NCBI GenBank assembly: GCA_965208835.1
Contig: OZ242358.1
Span: 2,752,001-2,816,000 of the forward strand
Source: Candidatus Latescibacterota bacterium
GTDB taxonomy: Bacteria; Latescibacterota; UBA2968; GCA-2709665
Length of the DNA stretch: 64,000 nucleotides
Direction: 5' to 3'
This document shows positions 46,128-57,227 of the stretch, in pieces. Positions within the stretch are counted from its first letter, which is position 1; each line of letters starts with the position of its first letter. The translations under genes were made by a program, and so were the position numbers. The notes under the pieces were generated by a model. It searched no databases. It was given only the letters and a program-made list of their open reading frames with translations, and was not told the origin of the DNA.

Positions 46128-47918
46128 TCAGAACGCCTGTCCCAGACTGAAAAAGACCCGCCGGCGCGGCTCACCGGGATCATCCGACAGCCGGTACGCG
46201 AAGTCCAGCCGCAAAGGGCTTATGGGGTTCAGATAACGCACGCCGACCCCTGCGGCCACGCGCAGGCGGCGGGGTTCGAAGGCCGCGTACCGGTCCGTTC
46301 CCACGGCGCCCGCATCCATGAATGCGGCCAGGCCAAAGCCGGGCAGAAGCCTGGCACGAACTTCGATGCTTCCTTCGAGTACGCTCCTGCCTCCCAACGG
46401 TTCGCCTTTGGCGTCTCTGGGGCCGAGCCGGTTCAGTCTCCATCCCCTCACGCTATTGGATCCACCGGCAAAAAACCGCTCGAATGAGGGAATCGCCTCA
46501 ACGCTTCCCTCGTTCAGGACCAAACCGCCCGATACCCTCAGGGCCAGCACGGTCTTCCAGAATAACCTCCGGTACCACCGCGCTTCGCCCGATACTTTGA
46601 GGAACTGTCTGAAACCTGCCGCCCTGACGGCGACCTCGGCCAACAGTCCCCGCTGCGGATCGAAGACGTCGTCTCGCCGGTCTTCCAGGTATTCCACCGA
46701 AAAGGTCGCACGGGTGCTGTCCAGCGCGAATTCGACGACTTCAGTTCTCGCCTCGAATACGACGCGACCGGTGGCGCGAAAGGTCCTTTCGAGCGCCGCG
46801 CTGGCGCCTCCCCGCTTTACCCTGACTTCCTTCGGCCGTTCCTGCTCCACAAAGCCCGTCAACTCCAGCCACGTCCTGCTCCCCAGTATGTACGGCTGCC
46901 TGACGCCAACCTTTGCCATGACCTCCAACGCTGAAGCGGAGGACTCGAAGTTCAGCTGGCGCGCGTCTCCACCCAGGAAACTCCGGTGCCGCCACGCCAG
47001 CAGACCCCGAAGCTTCTCCTCGGTATCGAATCCCGCCCCCAGTTTCAGTCTGCGGGGCGGACGCTCGCGGACGACGATGGAGACATCCACCGGACTCACC
47101 ATGTCGACCGAATCCGGAAGGGAGACCGAAACCGATCGAAATGCCTCGGACCGATGGAGCTGGAGCCGGCTGTCCAACAGGTCCTTCTTCCGGTAGGCGT
47201 CTCCTTCACGAAAAGTCAGGCCTCGGTGGATCAGGCCCTTTGAAACCCTTTGATTTCCCTCGATTCGCACGCTCCCGAAACGGCACTTGGGTCCGGGAGT
47301 CGCCAGGAACCTGACGTGAGCCATGTCTCCTCGACGCGACACCTGTGCCACGACCCGCGCGAACGCGTGGCCGTCATTCTGAAGCCGGTCGGAAATCAAC
47401 TTGAGGTCCGCTTCCCGGCCCATGCGTGTCAACGGACGACCCGGCCTGGTTTTCAATCCATTCACCAGGCGCAGGCTGTCCACGGCGGTATCCGCCGGCA
47501 GGACCTCCAGCCGTACGTCGGATACCACGACAGGCCCACCTTCCTTGATCCGGACCCGGATTCGCACAAAACCGGGGCGGTACCTTTCGACAACCGTGTC
47601 CACGACGGCTTCAAGGTACCCCAGGTCCCGATAATGCGCCGCGATCCGGTTCACATCCGATCGAAAGACAAGGGCATCGAATCTCCGCTCATCCGCGCCG
47701 GGAAAAATCCCGTACCACGGATCCGTGCGGGTATACATCAGCCGCCGTAGATCCCCGGTCGAGATCACCCGGTTCCCTTCGATCACAACCGCCTCAACGA
47801 TGGGTAATTTGCTATTCTGTGCATCCTTTGCGGCAAGGGTCGCGGGAATTCCAACCAGACCAATGATGACCACGCTTCTGAGGAAGGTCAAATCGCTCCA
47901 TCCTATCGGGTCAGGCAT
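46128..47918 (-). CDS. tamA: Omp85/BamA-TamA family outer-membrane protein
   Basis: POTRA repeats (IEGN, YRDLGY), RFFAGGSNSVRGW, GVGVRY..PISPLRLDFA, FFSLGQAF; start uncertain. Confidence 0.85.
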   Translation of the reverse strand: MPDPIGWSDLTFLRSVVIIGLVGIPATLAAKDAQNSKLPIVEAVVIEGNRVISTGDLRRLMYTRTDPWYGIFPGADERRFDALVFRSDVNRIAAHYRDLGYLEAVVDTVVERYRPGFVRIRVRIKEGGPVVVSDVRLEVLPADTAVDSLRLVNGLKTRPGRPLTRMGREADLKLISDRLQNDGHAFARVVAQVSRRGDMAHVRFLATPGPKCRFGSVRIEGNQRVSKGLIHRGLTFREGDAYRKKDLLDSRLQLHRSEAFRSVSVSLPDSVDMVSPVDVSIVVRERPPRRLKLGAGFDTEEKLRGLLAWRHRSFLGGDARQLNFESSASALEVMAKVGVRQPYILGSRTWLELTGFVEQERPKEVRVKRGGASAALERTFRATGRVVFEARTEVVEFALDSTRATFSVEYLEDRRDDVFDPQRGLLAEVAVRAAGFRQFLKVSGEARWYRRLFWKTVLALRVSGGLVLNEGSVEAIPSFERFFAGGSNSVRGWRLNRLGPRDAKGEPLGGRSVLEGSIEVRARLLPGFGLAAFMDAGAVGTDRYAAFEPRRLRVAAGVGVRYLNPISPLRLDFAYRLSDDPGEPRRRVFFSLGQAF

Positions 47919-48202
47919 GGGAAATGGACGATGCCCGGACACAGGCCGGCTCCAGATTCGGCAGCGTCGACGTCCTTTCCGAAGCGACAGCCGGCAGGCA
48001 ATCCCTTTGACGCCCGCCGATCCTGGCGGTTTCAGCCTGACGCCCCGCAGCGGAAGATATATCTCACCATTTCGGGCACAAGTGAATTCTCTCAGGCCAT
48101 CCATTCAGGTCGGCCGGATTTCCGCAATTGAGACGATAGAGAATGGAAAGGCCCGTGTTTCCGGATCGGAAACACGGGCCTGAAGCCACCGGTTCAGAAT
48201 AC

Positions 48203-50833
48203 TCATGCGTCCGTGGCAGCGACCTCCCGCGGGGCATTGTCGTGGTGGAGCGCAAGCTTCCCATTCTCCAGGTCCACGCGAACTCGCGCGCCGTCGGGAA
48301 TTTCGCCGCTGATGAGACTACGTCCGATTCGCGTTTCCAGCTCACACTGCAGATACCGCTTCAGAGGGCGTGCGCCGTAGACCGGATCGAATCCCTCACG
48401 CGCGGCAAAAACCCGGGCGGCATCGGTGAATTCCAGCTCGATCCGCCGGTCCTCGAGCCGTTCGCGGAGATCCACGGTCAACAGGTCAACGATCTTCACG
48501 ATCTCAGCCTGCGTCAAACCCTTGAAAAGGACAATATCGTCGACGCGATTGAGGAACTCCGGCCGAAAGTGCCGCCTCATCTCCGCCACAACCGCCCGGC
48601 GGGCTTCGTCGTGGACCTCCCCGCTCTCCGCGACGCGATCGACAATGTGCGACGCCCCTATATTTGACGTCATGATGATCACGGCGTTCTTGAAATCAAC
48701 GGTTCTCCCCCGGGCGTCGGTCAATCGCCCGTCGTCGAGGATTTGCAGCAATACATTGAACACGTCGTGGTGTGCCTTCTCGATTTCGTCGAACAGGATT
48801 ACCGAATAGGGCTTCCTGCGGACCGCCTCGGTCAGTTGTCCCCCGTCATCGTAACCGACATATCCCGGAGGCGCGCCGACCAGCCTCGAAACCGCGTGTC
48901 GCTCCATGTATTCGCTCATGTCGATGCGGACCATGTTTTCCTCGGAGTCGAACAGCGCCTCGGCCAGAGCTTTTGCCAGTTCCGTCTTGCCGACGCCCGT
49001 TGGCCCGAGGAAGATGAACGAGCCGATCGGCCGGCGCGGATCCTTGACCCCGGCCCGTGCCCGGATCACGGCGTCGGCCACCAGCGACACGGCCTCGTCC
49101 TGACCCACAACGCGCTCATGCAGAATTTCATCCAGACGGAGGAGCTTTTCGCGTTCGCCTTCAACCAGGCGCGTTACGGGGATCCCGGTCCAGCGCGAGA
49201 CGATCTCCGCGATCTCGCCTTCGGTAACCTCTTCCCGGAGCAGCCGGCCGTTGCCGTGCGACCGCGCCTCTTCCGCCTCCAACATCCGCTCCAGTTCGGG
49301 CAGGCGTCCGTGACTCAATTCCGCCAGCCGGTTCAGATCGTACGCTCGCTCCGCCTCTTCGATTTCGCGACGCACCGCTTCAATCTGTTCGCGACGTTTG
49401 CGAACCGTGTCGATCACTTCCTTCTCGGATTCCCACCGGGCTCGCATCGCGTCTGCCTGCGACTTCAGATCGGCCAGCTCCTTGCGAAGGTCTTCCAGTC
49501 TCTGCGCACTGCCTTGATCCGACTCCTGCTTCAGCGCCGCCTCTTCGATTTCGAGTCTCATCACTCTGCGGGTGACCTCGTCCAGCGGTGCCGGCATCGA
49601 GCCGATCTCGGTGCGGATCATCGCACAGGCCTCGTCAACGAGGTCGATTGCCTTGTCGGGCAGAAACCGGTCCGATACGTACCGGTTGGAGAGTACGGCG
49701 GCACTCACCATGGCGTTGTCCTGAATCCGTACGCCGTGGTGCAATTCGTACCTCTCGCGAATTCCCCTGAGAATCGAAATGGTATCCTCCACCGAGGGCG
49801 CATCCACCGTCACGGGCTGAAACCGTCGCTCCAGGGCGGCGTCCTTCTCGATGTATTTCCGGTATTCGTCCAGCGTCGTCGCCCCGATACAATGCAGTTC
49901 CCCCCGTGCGAGCATCGGCTTCAGCATATTTCCCGCATCCGTGGACCCTTCCGTCCGACCCGCCCCGACGATATTGTGGACCTCGTCGATGAATAACAGG
50001 ATGCGGCCCTCGCTCCGGGCGATCTCGTTCAGGACGGCCTTTAGCCGTTCCTCGAATTCTCCTCTAAATTTGGCTCCCGCAAGCAGCGCGCCCATATCGA
50101 GGGAAAACACCGTACGCTCCACCATCCACTCCGGCACATCTCCCTTTACAATCCGCTGCGCGAGACCTTCAACCACGGCGGTCTTTCCGACCCCCGGCTC
50201 ACCGATCAGGACCGGGTTATTCTTTGTCTTCCGAGAAAGGATGCGCACAACCCTTCGGATTTCCGCGTCCCTCCCGATTACCGGATCCAGCTTGCCCTCG
50301 CGGGCCTGCGCGACCAGGTCCACGCCGTATTTCTCCAGCGCTTCGTAGGCGCCTTCGGGTTCGGGGCCGGTCACCCGCTGACTGCCCCGGACACGGGTCA
50401 GAGCTTCGAGGAAAGCCTCTCTTGTAACCTTGAATTCCCGCAGGATGCGCCCCCATCCCGTGTCCACCGCCCCGTCCAGTAACGCCAGCGCCAGGTGTTC
50501 CACTGAAACATACTCGTCCTGCATCCCCTTCGCCTCCGCTTCGGCCTGCCGGAGCAACCTGCCAAAGCGAGGCGTCACGTACATCCGGCCGCGCTCGTGG
50601 TTGCCGCCGGTCTGCCGCGGTCGTCGGGCGAGTTCGCTTTCCACCTCCGTTTTCAGGGCGCCGGTGTCGATTTCCATCCGCTCCAGAATGCGCGCGACCA
50701 GCCCGTCGTGCTGTTCAAGTAAAGCCAGAAGAAGATGCTCACCGTCCAACTCCGGCTGCCCGTAACCGGAGGCGCGTGCCTGCGCGTCCCGAAGCGCGTC
50801 CCGCGATTTTTGGGTCAGTCTGTTCATGTCCAT
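48203..50833 (-). CDS. clpB: ATP-dependent chaperone ClpB
   Basis: Clp-N domain, two AAA domains (GEPGVGKT; GPTGVGKTE), coiled-coil middle domain, GARPLKR. Confidence 0.96.
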   Translation of the reverse strand: MDMNRLTQKSRDALRDAQARASGYGQPELDGEHLLLALLEQHDGLVARILERMEIDTGALKTEVESELARRPRQTGGNHERGRMYVTPRFGRLLRQAEAEAKGMQDEYVSVEHLALALLDGAVDTGWGRILREFKVTREAFLEALTRVRGSQRVTGPEPEGAYEALEKYGVDLVAQAREGKLDPVIGRDAEIRRVVRILSRKTKNNPVLIGEPGVGKTAVVEGLAQRIVKGDVPEWMVERTVFSLDMGALLAGAKFRGEFEERLKAVLNEIARSEGRILLFIDEVHNIVGAGRTEGSTDAGNMLKPMLARGELHCIGATTLDEYRKYIEKDAALERRFQPVTVDAPSVEDTISILRGIRERYELHHGVRIQDNAMVSAAVLSNRYVSDRFLPDKAIDLVDEACAMIRTEIGSMPAPLDEVTRRVMRLEIEEAALKQESDQGSAQRLEDLRKELADLKSQADAMRARWESEKEVIDTVRKRREQIEAVRREIEEAERAYDLNRLAELSHGRLPELERMLEAEEARSHGNGRLLREEVTEGEIAEIVSRWTGIPVTRLVEGEREKLLRLDEILHERVVGQDEAVSLVADAVIRARAGVKDPRRPIGSFIFLGPTGVGKTELAKALAEALFDSEENMVRIDMSEYMERHAVSRLVGAPPGYVGYDDGGQLTEAVRRKPYSVILFDEIEKAHHDVFNVLLQILDDGRLTDARGRTVDFKNAVIIMTSNIGASHIVDRVAESGEVHDEARRAVVAEMRRHFRPEFLNRVDDIVLFKGLTQAEIVKIVDLLTVDLRERLEDRRIELEFTDAARVFAAREGFDPVYGARPLKRYLQCELETRIGRSLISGEIPDGARVRVDLENGKLALHHDNAPREVAATDA

Positions 50834-51376
50834 TGCAGGCCTCCATTCTTGTTTGCGGGGATTCTGCGGCCAATTTCACCGACCGGCTCAGGTTCCATTC
50901 CCTTACTTCCTCTGATCGCCTGATACTCCGCCTGGCGGCGGCTTCCCGCGAATCGTTCGTATGCGGCGAATACCAGACGCGCTGTCACGCCGGATGTGTC
51001 GCAATGTTCGTGCCAGAATTAACCAGGATTCGTATGTTTTCGTGGACATTAAACCGAATATATGCAAGTCGATAAAGGCGATTAAACTGCGGATTACCAG
51101 GATACATCAGGTCTCCGGACGTGAACTGAAAAAGCGTCCTTCCGGACGACGGTTATGCCCTGTTTCGGAGGGATTTATCACGACGGCGGAATGCCGTCTT
51201 TTTGTATTGGGGTAAAATATGCTCAGCGTTAACGATGCATTGAGGCGGGGTGAATCGGAAGAATGGCGGCGGCGTGTTTACGGGACAGAGCGCTTGACAT
51301 TGAATTTATCTCGATCATCGCGTATCTTTGCGGATCGCCCGTACGCCCTTTTACATTCCGTCCGGAGGATCGCCGG

Positions 51377-52210
51377 ATGAAATCCGACTCAGACGCCCTT
51401 TCGGTTTTCGCACCCGATCTCTTTGCCGGAAAAACCGCGCTCGTAACCGGCGGCGGCCGGGGAATCGGCAAACGGATCGCCCTCGCGTTCGCCAGGCTGG
51501 GAGCGCAGGTTGTAATCGCCGGTCGTAACGCCGAAACGCTCGCGTCCACGTCCGGAGAGATTTCGGACATCGGCGCCCGGTGTCTTGCCCTGACAGTCAA
51601 TATCCGGAAAGTCGAACAGGTTGAAGACCTGGTCACGAAGGCGCTGTCCGAATTCGGTGGCATCGACTTCCTGGTCAACAACGCTGGCGGACAATTCCCG
51701 GCACGACCTTCGGAAATCACCGACGGGGGCTGGCGTGCGGTCGTGGACCTGAATCTCAACGGGACATGGAATATGTGCAGCCGCGTCGGTCCACTCATGG
51801 CCTCGAACGGCTACGGATCCATCGTCAACATCGTTCACGTTTATGCGCTTGAACGGGGCGCGCCGCCTTTTGCACATTCCGGCGCCGCGCGGGCGGGCGT
51901 GGTCAACCTGACCAAATCCCTGGCCTACCATTATGCCCAGAACAAGGTGCGGGTCAACGCACTCGCTCCAGGTTTTGTGGCCACCACCGGACTGCGGGAG
52001 CACGAATTCAAACCCCTCCAGAGGGAAGACTTCGAGTCAACGGCGCTCACCGATGTCCCCGCCGGCCGGTTCGCCGAGCCGGACGAGGTCGCAGCGATCA
52101 CGCTATTCCTCTGTTCTCCGGCCGCGGCATACATCACGGGTACGACGATTGTCGCCGACGGCGCGCTGTCCCTGGGCAACTGGACACCCTGGATGGATCC
52201 GGAACCGTAA
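51377..52210 (+). CDS. SDR family oxidoreductase (2,4-dienoyl-CoA/peroxisomal enoyl-CoA reductase-like)
   Basis: TGGGRGIG, NNAGGQF, HSGAARAGV, YITGTTIVADG; GGAGG upstream. Confidence 0.87.
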   Translation: MKSDSDALSVFAPDLFAGKTALVTGGGRGIGKRIALAFARLGAQVVIAGRNAETLASTSGEISDIGARCLALTVNIRKVEQVEDLVTKALSEFGGIDFLVNNAGGQFPARPSEITDGGWRAVVDLNLNGTWNMCSRVGPLMASNGYGSIVNIVHVYALERGAPPFAHSGAARAGVVNLTKSLAYHYAQNKVRVNALAPGFVATTGLREHEFKPLQREDFESTALTDVPAGRFAEPDEVAAITLFLCSPAAAYITGTTIVADGALSLGNWTPWMDPEP

Positions 52211-52222
52211 CGGAATATCTGC

Positions 52223-52262
52223 AAAACAGAGAGGCCGGGGGTTTCCCGGCCTCTCTGTTTTT
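52223..52262. terminator. Bidirectional intrinsic terminator
   Basis: AAAACAGAGAGGCCGGG-GGTTT-CCCGGCCTCTCTGTTTT. Confidence 0.85.
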
Positions 52263-52301
52263 ACGTTCTCCGCGGTTTGACTATTCGGATCCGAGACAGC
52301 T

Positions 52302-52363
52302 ATATATATGCCAGTTTGGCATATATATTAACGCCATTCCGGCATTTTATGCTAAATTGGCAT
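52302..52363. repeat. AT-rich perfect inverted repeat plus two degenerate copies
   Basis: ATATATATGCCA-GTT-TGGCATATATAT (52302-52328); ACGCCA-TTC-CGGCAT (52331-52345); ATGCTA-AAT-TGGCAT (52349-52363). Confidence 0.7.
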
Positions 52364-52409
52364 TAATTTTCTTGCAACGTGGATTCCGGCTCGACCCGAC
52401 CTTCCCGAC

Positions 52410-53216
52410 TCAATACCCGATTCGCCGCAAAAATGCGTACGTCCTCGCACTTCGCCTGGCTTCACTGACGGGGTCGTCGGCACCCGGAACGGGATTACCC
52501 GGGCAGCTCGTTACCCAACGGGAGAAGCCGATCTCCACCAGCGCGCTTCGAATATCCGCGAAGTCCAGGTCAGTCCCGTCGCCTACATCGCACCAGACCG
52601 GATCGTATCGACCGCCTACATCCCGTGAGCTGGACGTGTAATCCTGAAGGTGCATGTAATTCAGCCGGCTCTTGAAGTCACGTATCGAATCGGCCGGATC
52701 GTAGCCCCAGAGCCTGGCGTGGGACACATCGATACAAAGCTTCGCCTTACGAAGCCGTCCGGAGTAGAACTTCCAATCCGCTGCGGAATCCACGAGCGTA
52801 TTGGTGTGAATGTGGTAGCTGATCTCCAGCCCAAGCGTCTCCGCGTATTCCGCCCATGCTTCCGCACCATCGGCGGCAGCGGTCAGGTCGTCCGCGTTCA
52901 CGGGCCGACCGGCCGGCTTCGCGCCGCTCATGTACATAAAGCAGTCGGCCCCCGCTTCCGCGGCGTACTCCATCCGACGGCGGTTACGCTCCACGTGCGC
53001 CCGATCCCGTACGTCCGGCGATCCGGCGGCGGTATATACCGCCATCGGCAGACCGGCATTTTTACACACACGTCGCAGCCGGGAGGGGCTCCCCAGCCAT
53101 TCCGGAGACATCCTTCCCTCCCAGCCGTCCCACCCCGCCTTTTTCAACTCCTCCAGCGCCGGTTCCAGCTCCGGCTCCTGCCATCGGAGTGTACTGTATC
53201 CCAGCTTGAATTCCAT
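52410..53216 (-). CDS. Sugar phosphate isomerase/epimerase TIM barrel (IolE-like)
   Basis: GWDGWE, SYHIH, CIDVSH, YMHLQD, DVGDGTDLDF. Confidence 0.8.
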   Translation of the reverse strand: MEFKLGYSTLRWQEPELEPALEELKKAGWDGWEGRMSPEWLGSPSRLRRVCKNAGLPMAVYTAAGSPDVRDRAHVERNRRRMEYAAEAGADCFMYMSGAKPAGRPVNADDLTAAADGAEAWAEYAETLGLEISYHIHTNTLVDSAADWKFYSGRLRKAKLCIDVSHARLWGYDPADSIRDFKSRLNYMHLQDYTSSSRDVGGRYDPVWCDVGDGTDLDFADIRSALVEIGFSRWVTSCPGNPVPGADDPVSEARRSARTYAFLRRIGY

Positions 53217-53255
53217 AGTTCCCCCCGTCTTCTTTCGGTCAGAAGCGGTGTGAAT

Positions 53256-55778
53256 TCAGGGCGCCCGCCGGCTCAACTCCTCGCAGGCCCGCCGAAACAG
53301 CGCGATCAGTCGCGCACGCGCATTCTCGTCACGGAAAACGCCGATGTTCTCCGCCCATGCGATGCCGCCTTCCATATGGGTCAACAGATACTCGCCGTCG
53401 GCGGGTTCGAACGCGCATCGATTCCCCACGTCGATGTAGACCGGCGACGAATGGGCCATCACCGGGCCGGCGTCCGTTGCGAATTCGCCCCAGCAACGGG
53501 CCGCCACCCAGCAGGACTCTTCAACGCTCAGTTCCTGCTGCAGCGTCACCGTCCTGCCGTCTCCGGCCGTCTGCTGTCTGGCGGCCCGTTCCCCGTTAAC
53601 GATCAATTCCACAGCGGTCAACGGCCACACGCTCTCCGCGGTGGCGACCACGTCCAGCGTCCCGCCGTTCCCCGGCAGCGCGATCTCGCCGCCCATCGGC
53701 GTTCCTTCGACGCGCAGATCGATCATCGCCCCGGTGCTGGCGAATGTCGTGCCATTTTTCACAGCTTTACACCAATTATCAAATGTAAACTCCTCTCCAC
53801 GTGTAATTTTAGCGTAGGTCCGCGAACCCCCCAGAATGCGTTCGTTCGACATCTTGTCCGTCCCGCCGACAATGGGAAGCTTCTGACCCGTGTTCAGCCA
53901 CCGGTAGTACCCACGCTCTCCGGCGCCGATCTGTTCGCCCTTCCAGATCCAGCACATCTCCGCGGCATCGGCCTGGCCCAGCACGATATTTGCGGCATTC
54001 TCGAAATCGGGCGTGGGCATATGCGGCATAATCACCAGTCCCCCCTGCTCCCGGCAGGCTTCCGCCCAATCCGCCATCAGGACCTGAACCTCGCCTCCGA
54101 TCCAATCCTCCTGCGGCCCTCCGGTACACATTGGCGCCACCATTTCCTTCAGACCCAGCAGGCTGATGTGCCCCAACACGTGCTGCCGGTTTTCCTGGCT
54201 CACCCAGATCTTGTGAAATTCGCTGCTGGTTGGCGCGAGGCCGCCCGTAAACTCCTCCCAGCTGGTAAACAGCCGGCCCCACTGGCTGGCGAGCAGGTTC
54301 ACCACGTTAAGGTCTTCACCCGCCGCCTCGAGATGGGCCGATTGAGACGACAGAAAATGCACGTGCGTGTCCCCGGAGTAGAACCCCCGGTCTTTCATGT
54401 CGAATGCCCGCTCAACCTCCAGCGTCAGATTCCGCTGTCCGGGCTTCACTTCAACAAGCTTCCGCAACGGCACATATTCGAACCCTCGCGCCACTTCCAC
54501 GTAGACCGGCCCCACCGGCAGTTCGACCTGGCAGGTTCCGTCAATATAGGCGTACGGCGTCCCGTGTACCTTGCAGTCGCCGCCCATGTCCTCGAACCAG
54601 GCCGTATTCACGTCGGCCTGATGGCCGTGCGGCGCGAAATAGGCGCCGTGGGGAGACCGGAAATGTATCCTGCATCCCACGGGCCGGCCGGCGGCGGCGT
54701 CATTCACCCTGACATGCATCCACTGCCTGCCCGCGGGCGCGATCAGGGCCACGCGCGTTGCGCCGCGCTGCACGGTCTTCTCTTTCAAAACGTCTCCCCA
54801 GCGGAACGCCTCGCTGGCGTCTCCGCACCGGATGTTCAGCTTCCCTTCCCGCGAGCCATGGACTTCCAGATAGCGCCCCTCCTGAAACACCTGTCCGCCG
54901 GACCCCCATCCCGCGTTTTCCGACTCGATGAAATCCGCACCGGGCACATAGAGCCGGTCCTGCCGTGCGATCACGCCTCGATCCATGTCGACCGCAATCT
55001 CCTCCCGGCTTTCGGTCGAAACCGCGACCTCGCTGCGCGGATGCCACACGAGCGGGTCGCTCTCCTCGTGGCAGAGCGTGATTCCGCCCAGGGCGACCGC
55101 GGCCCCGGCGGACGCCGATACCTCAATTTTCGTGATGGACGCTTCGGGATGCGGATTGACCCAGTCGTACAGCCACCAACCCGTCAAATCGCTGCTCTCC
55201 GAGCGGACGCCCACCTGTGCCGCGCCGTACGGAACGGACCGGTCGTCCAGCCCCACCGGGAGAAACTCGCGGCAATTCCGGCAGAGAAAGGGATGGTGCC
55301 CCCACGGCACAAACAGGTCGTGAATCTCGAAACGCCGTCTCAACGCCTGTGGGACGTCGATTCCTGAGTCGTATCGGAGCCGGTATTGTCCGACGACTTC
55401 CCCGGTGCCTTCAAGACTCGTTTCAGCGCCGCTGACCGGCGTACAGACGTGCGCGAACAACACCCGGCGCGCCTTCCGGCCTACTTCAATGGACACGGAA
55501 CCTGCGTCCCCCTTGCCCGCCTGCCCCGAAACCACGATAAACGAAGGTCCGCCGGATCTCTTGTCGCGTTCCGCAAGCGCGAAGGGAATCCCCCAGAACC
55601 GGCAGTTTCCCCCCGGGAGCCGGTTCAGCCCGCTCAATGCAGGCGTTCCCGGCGCGGCCGGCCAGAGATAACCGCCCGTTGTCTCGACATTTTCGGGTCC
55701 GCAATTCAGATAGGCGTTCAGGTCCAGCGGTTCAAATACGTCCGACATACGCAATTCGCTCCAATCCTGTGACATCAC
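53256..55778 (-). CDS. CehA/McbA-like PHP-fold metallohydrolase, paralog 1
   Basis: VARGFEY, YSGDTHVHFLS, ENRQHVLGH, PHMP, YYRWLNTG, GGTDKM, AHSSPVY. Confidence 0.75.
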   Translation of the reverse strand: MMSQDWSELRMSDVFEPLDLNAYLNCGPENVETTGGYLWPAAPGTPALSGLNRLPGGNCRFWGIPFALAERDKRSGGPSFIVVSGQAGKGDAGSVSIEVGRKARRVLFAHVCTPVSGAETSLEGTGEVVGQYRLRYDSGIDVPQALRRRFEIHDLFVPWGHHPFLCRNCREFLPVGLDDRSVPYGAAQVGVRSESSDLTGWWLYDWVNPHPEASITKIEVSASAGAAVALGGITLCHEESDPLVWHPRSEVAVSTESREEIAVDMDRGVIARQDRLYVPGADFIESENAGWGSGGQVFQEGRYLEVHGSREGKLNIRCGDASEAFRWGDVLKEKTVQRGATRVALIAPAGRQWMHVRVNDAAAGRPVGCRIHFRSPHGAYFAPHGHQADVNTAWFEDMGGDCKVHGTPYAYIDGTCQVELPVGPVYVEVARGFEYVPLRKLVEVKPGQRNLTLEVERAFDMKDRGFYSGDTHVHFLSSQSAHLEAAGEDLNVVNLLASQWGRLFTSWEEFTGGLAPTSSEFHKIWVSQENRQHVLGHISLLGLKEMVAPMCTGGPQEDWIGGEVQVLMADWAEACREQGGLVIMPHMPTPDFENAANIVLGQADAAEMCWIWKGEQIGAGERGYYRWLNTGQKLPIVGGTDKMSNERILGGSRTYAKITRGEEFTFDNWCKAVKNGTTFASTGAMIDLRVEGTPMGGEIALPGNGGTLDVVATAESVWPLTAVELIVNGERAARQQTAGDGRTVTLQQELSVEESCWVAARCWGEFATDAGPVMAHSSPVYIDVGNRCAFEPADGEYLLTHMEGGIAWAENIGVFRDENARARLIALFRRACEELSRRAP

Positions 55779-55912
55779 TCTGAAATCTATTGACGGTTGA
55801 CCGCTTTCTCCGTACTCTCAATCGGCCGTCGAATCACGTACACGACGCATATCGGCATCCGACCGACGGGGGAGCGGAGCCGGTCTGCCGCATAGTACAG
55901 GAGTATAAGGAG

Positions 55913-56653
55913 ATGATTATCGACAGTCACGTACACCTCAGGCATGGCAACGCCGAGCGTACGGAATACACAGCCCGCCAGATCGTTGATTCGATGGACG
56001 GGGCAGGCGTGGAGAAGTCCGTCGTCTTCGCCATCTGCACGACCGCGTTCGACGCCATTTCGCGGGCTCGAACCGCGCACGAGATGTATCCCGAGCGCCT
56101 CATACCGTACGCATACGCGCTGCCCAACGCCGAGCGGTCCATTATCGGATGCATTGAAGAGGCCGTCACGGGCCTGGACTTCAAGGGAATCAAGATACAC
56201 GCCGGCGAATGCACCCTCGCTGAATACGTGACGGACCCGATACTCAAACTTGCCGGCGACCACGGCGTGCCGTGCCTCATCGACTTCATCGGCCGTCACG
56301 CCGACCTCGAACGCATGGCCCGCGCCTTTCCGGACACCCCGATCATCGTCGCACACATGGGCCGGTACCTGTGCACGGACCGTGGGCTCATCGACCGGTT
56401 TATCGGCATCGCCGAAGCATACGAAAACGTCTATATGGACATCAGCGGCGTGGTGGTGATATGGAAAATCCGCGAGGCCGTTGAACGCCTGGGACCTGAA
56501 CGCATCATCTGGGGAACCGACGGCCCCTATCCCACACCCGATCTGGCAACGTATATCCGGACGGATCTCGCAAAGGTCCGCGCTTCCGGTGTTTCAGGGT
56601 CCGATCTTTCCTCTATTCTTGGCGGAAACATCGCACGCCTGCTGGCGCTCTGA
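55913..56653 (+). CDS. Amidohydrolase_2 family protein
   Basis: IIDSHVH, GIKIH, VAHMG, IWGTDGP, ILGGNIARLL; AAGGAG upstream of ATG 55913. Confidence 0.85.
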   Translation: MIIDSHVHLRHGNAERTEYTARQIVDSMDGAGVEKSVVFAICTTAFDAISRARTAHEMYPERLIPYAYALPNAERSIIGCIEEAVTGLDFKGIKIHAGECTLAEYVTDPILKLAGDHGVPCLIDFIGRHADLERMARAFPDTPIIVAHMGRYLCTDRGLIDRFIGIAEAYENVYMDISGVVVIWKIREAVERLGPERIIWGTDGPYPTPDLATYIRTDLAKVRASGVSGSDLSSILGGNIARLLAL

Positions 56654-56839
56654 GGCACGATCCGTGCGTCGACTAGACTTTTAAATATTAGATAACGGGT
56701 TACGTACGACACTGGTGCTGGAAGTCGGGCGTCGGACGAGAAAGAAAACAGGGCGCCGATACGATTCCGGCCGCGGGCCTTTACGTGCAGCTCCCGCATC
56801 ACCGAACCCCGGCAATCGGCAAGTTAACAACACTTTTTC

Positions 56840-56867
56840 TTGACAAAAATCCGCGTTTATATATTTT
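56840..56867 (+). promoter_or_regulatory. Sigma70-type promoter of the riboswitch-asd transcript
   Basis: TTGACA (56840-56845), 16 bp, TATTTT, just upstream of riboswitch P1. Confidence 0.55.
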
Positions 56868-56876
56868 TCTTGCGCT

Positions 56877-57059
56877 GCAAGGGTAGAGGCGCGGGTTTGC
56901 ATCAGTAACCGGCAGTGGACGGCGGACCCAAAACTGCCGGAAGAAAGGGCGAACCTGCCGAAGCCCGAGACTCCCGCCGCCGGGATGAACGGGCTGGGCT
57001 GCTGGATAAGATCCAGCGGACTGTCACGGGATACAGCGTCCCGTGGAGCGCTCTCTTGC
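56877..57059 (+). ncRNA. Lysine riboswitch (L-box)
   Basis: AGAGGCGC, AGUA/GAA loop-E, GCCGAA, kissing loops GGCGG/CCGCC, CUGGG, ACUGUCA, GGAGCGCU; P1 GCAAGGG/CUCUUGC; upstream of asd. Confidence 0.92.
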
Positions 57060-57080
57060 GACGTGGCGCGGATTTGTCGT

Positions 57081-57121
57081 AGCCGGCGATGTCTCTACCC
57101 CTGGACATGCCGGCTGTTTTT
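57081..57121 (+). terminator. Riboswitch expression-platform terminator
   Basis: AGCCGGC(G)ATGTC-loop-GACATGCCGGCT-GTTTTT. Confidence 0.65.
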
Positions 57122-57227
57122 GTGCCGCCAGTCGATGTAACGCATCGTGCCGCGGGTCTCCGGAACGACGAAATCGCCGAATCGCGGACGGGCTACCGAA
57201 AACCCTCATTCACGGAAGGAATGGCAA

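Noticed and set aside
50834-51376. CIRCE/HAIR heat-shock operator upstream of clpB
   Set aside because: I found no TTAGCACTC-N9-GAGTGCTAA or CTTGAGT-N7-ACTCAAG by eye
52330-52357. dif site (TTATGCTAAAT resembles the XerD arm)
   Set aside because: The XerC arm position reads AACGCCATTCC and lacks the required ATAA
52650-55367. 905-aa plus-strand ORF
   Set aside because: Antisense shadow of real minus-strand genes; TTA/CTA/TCA codons are rare at high GC, and the protein has no recognisable motifs
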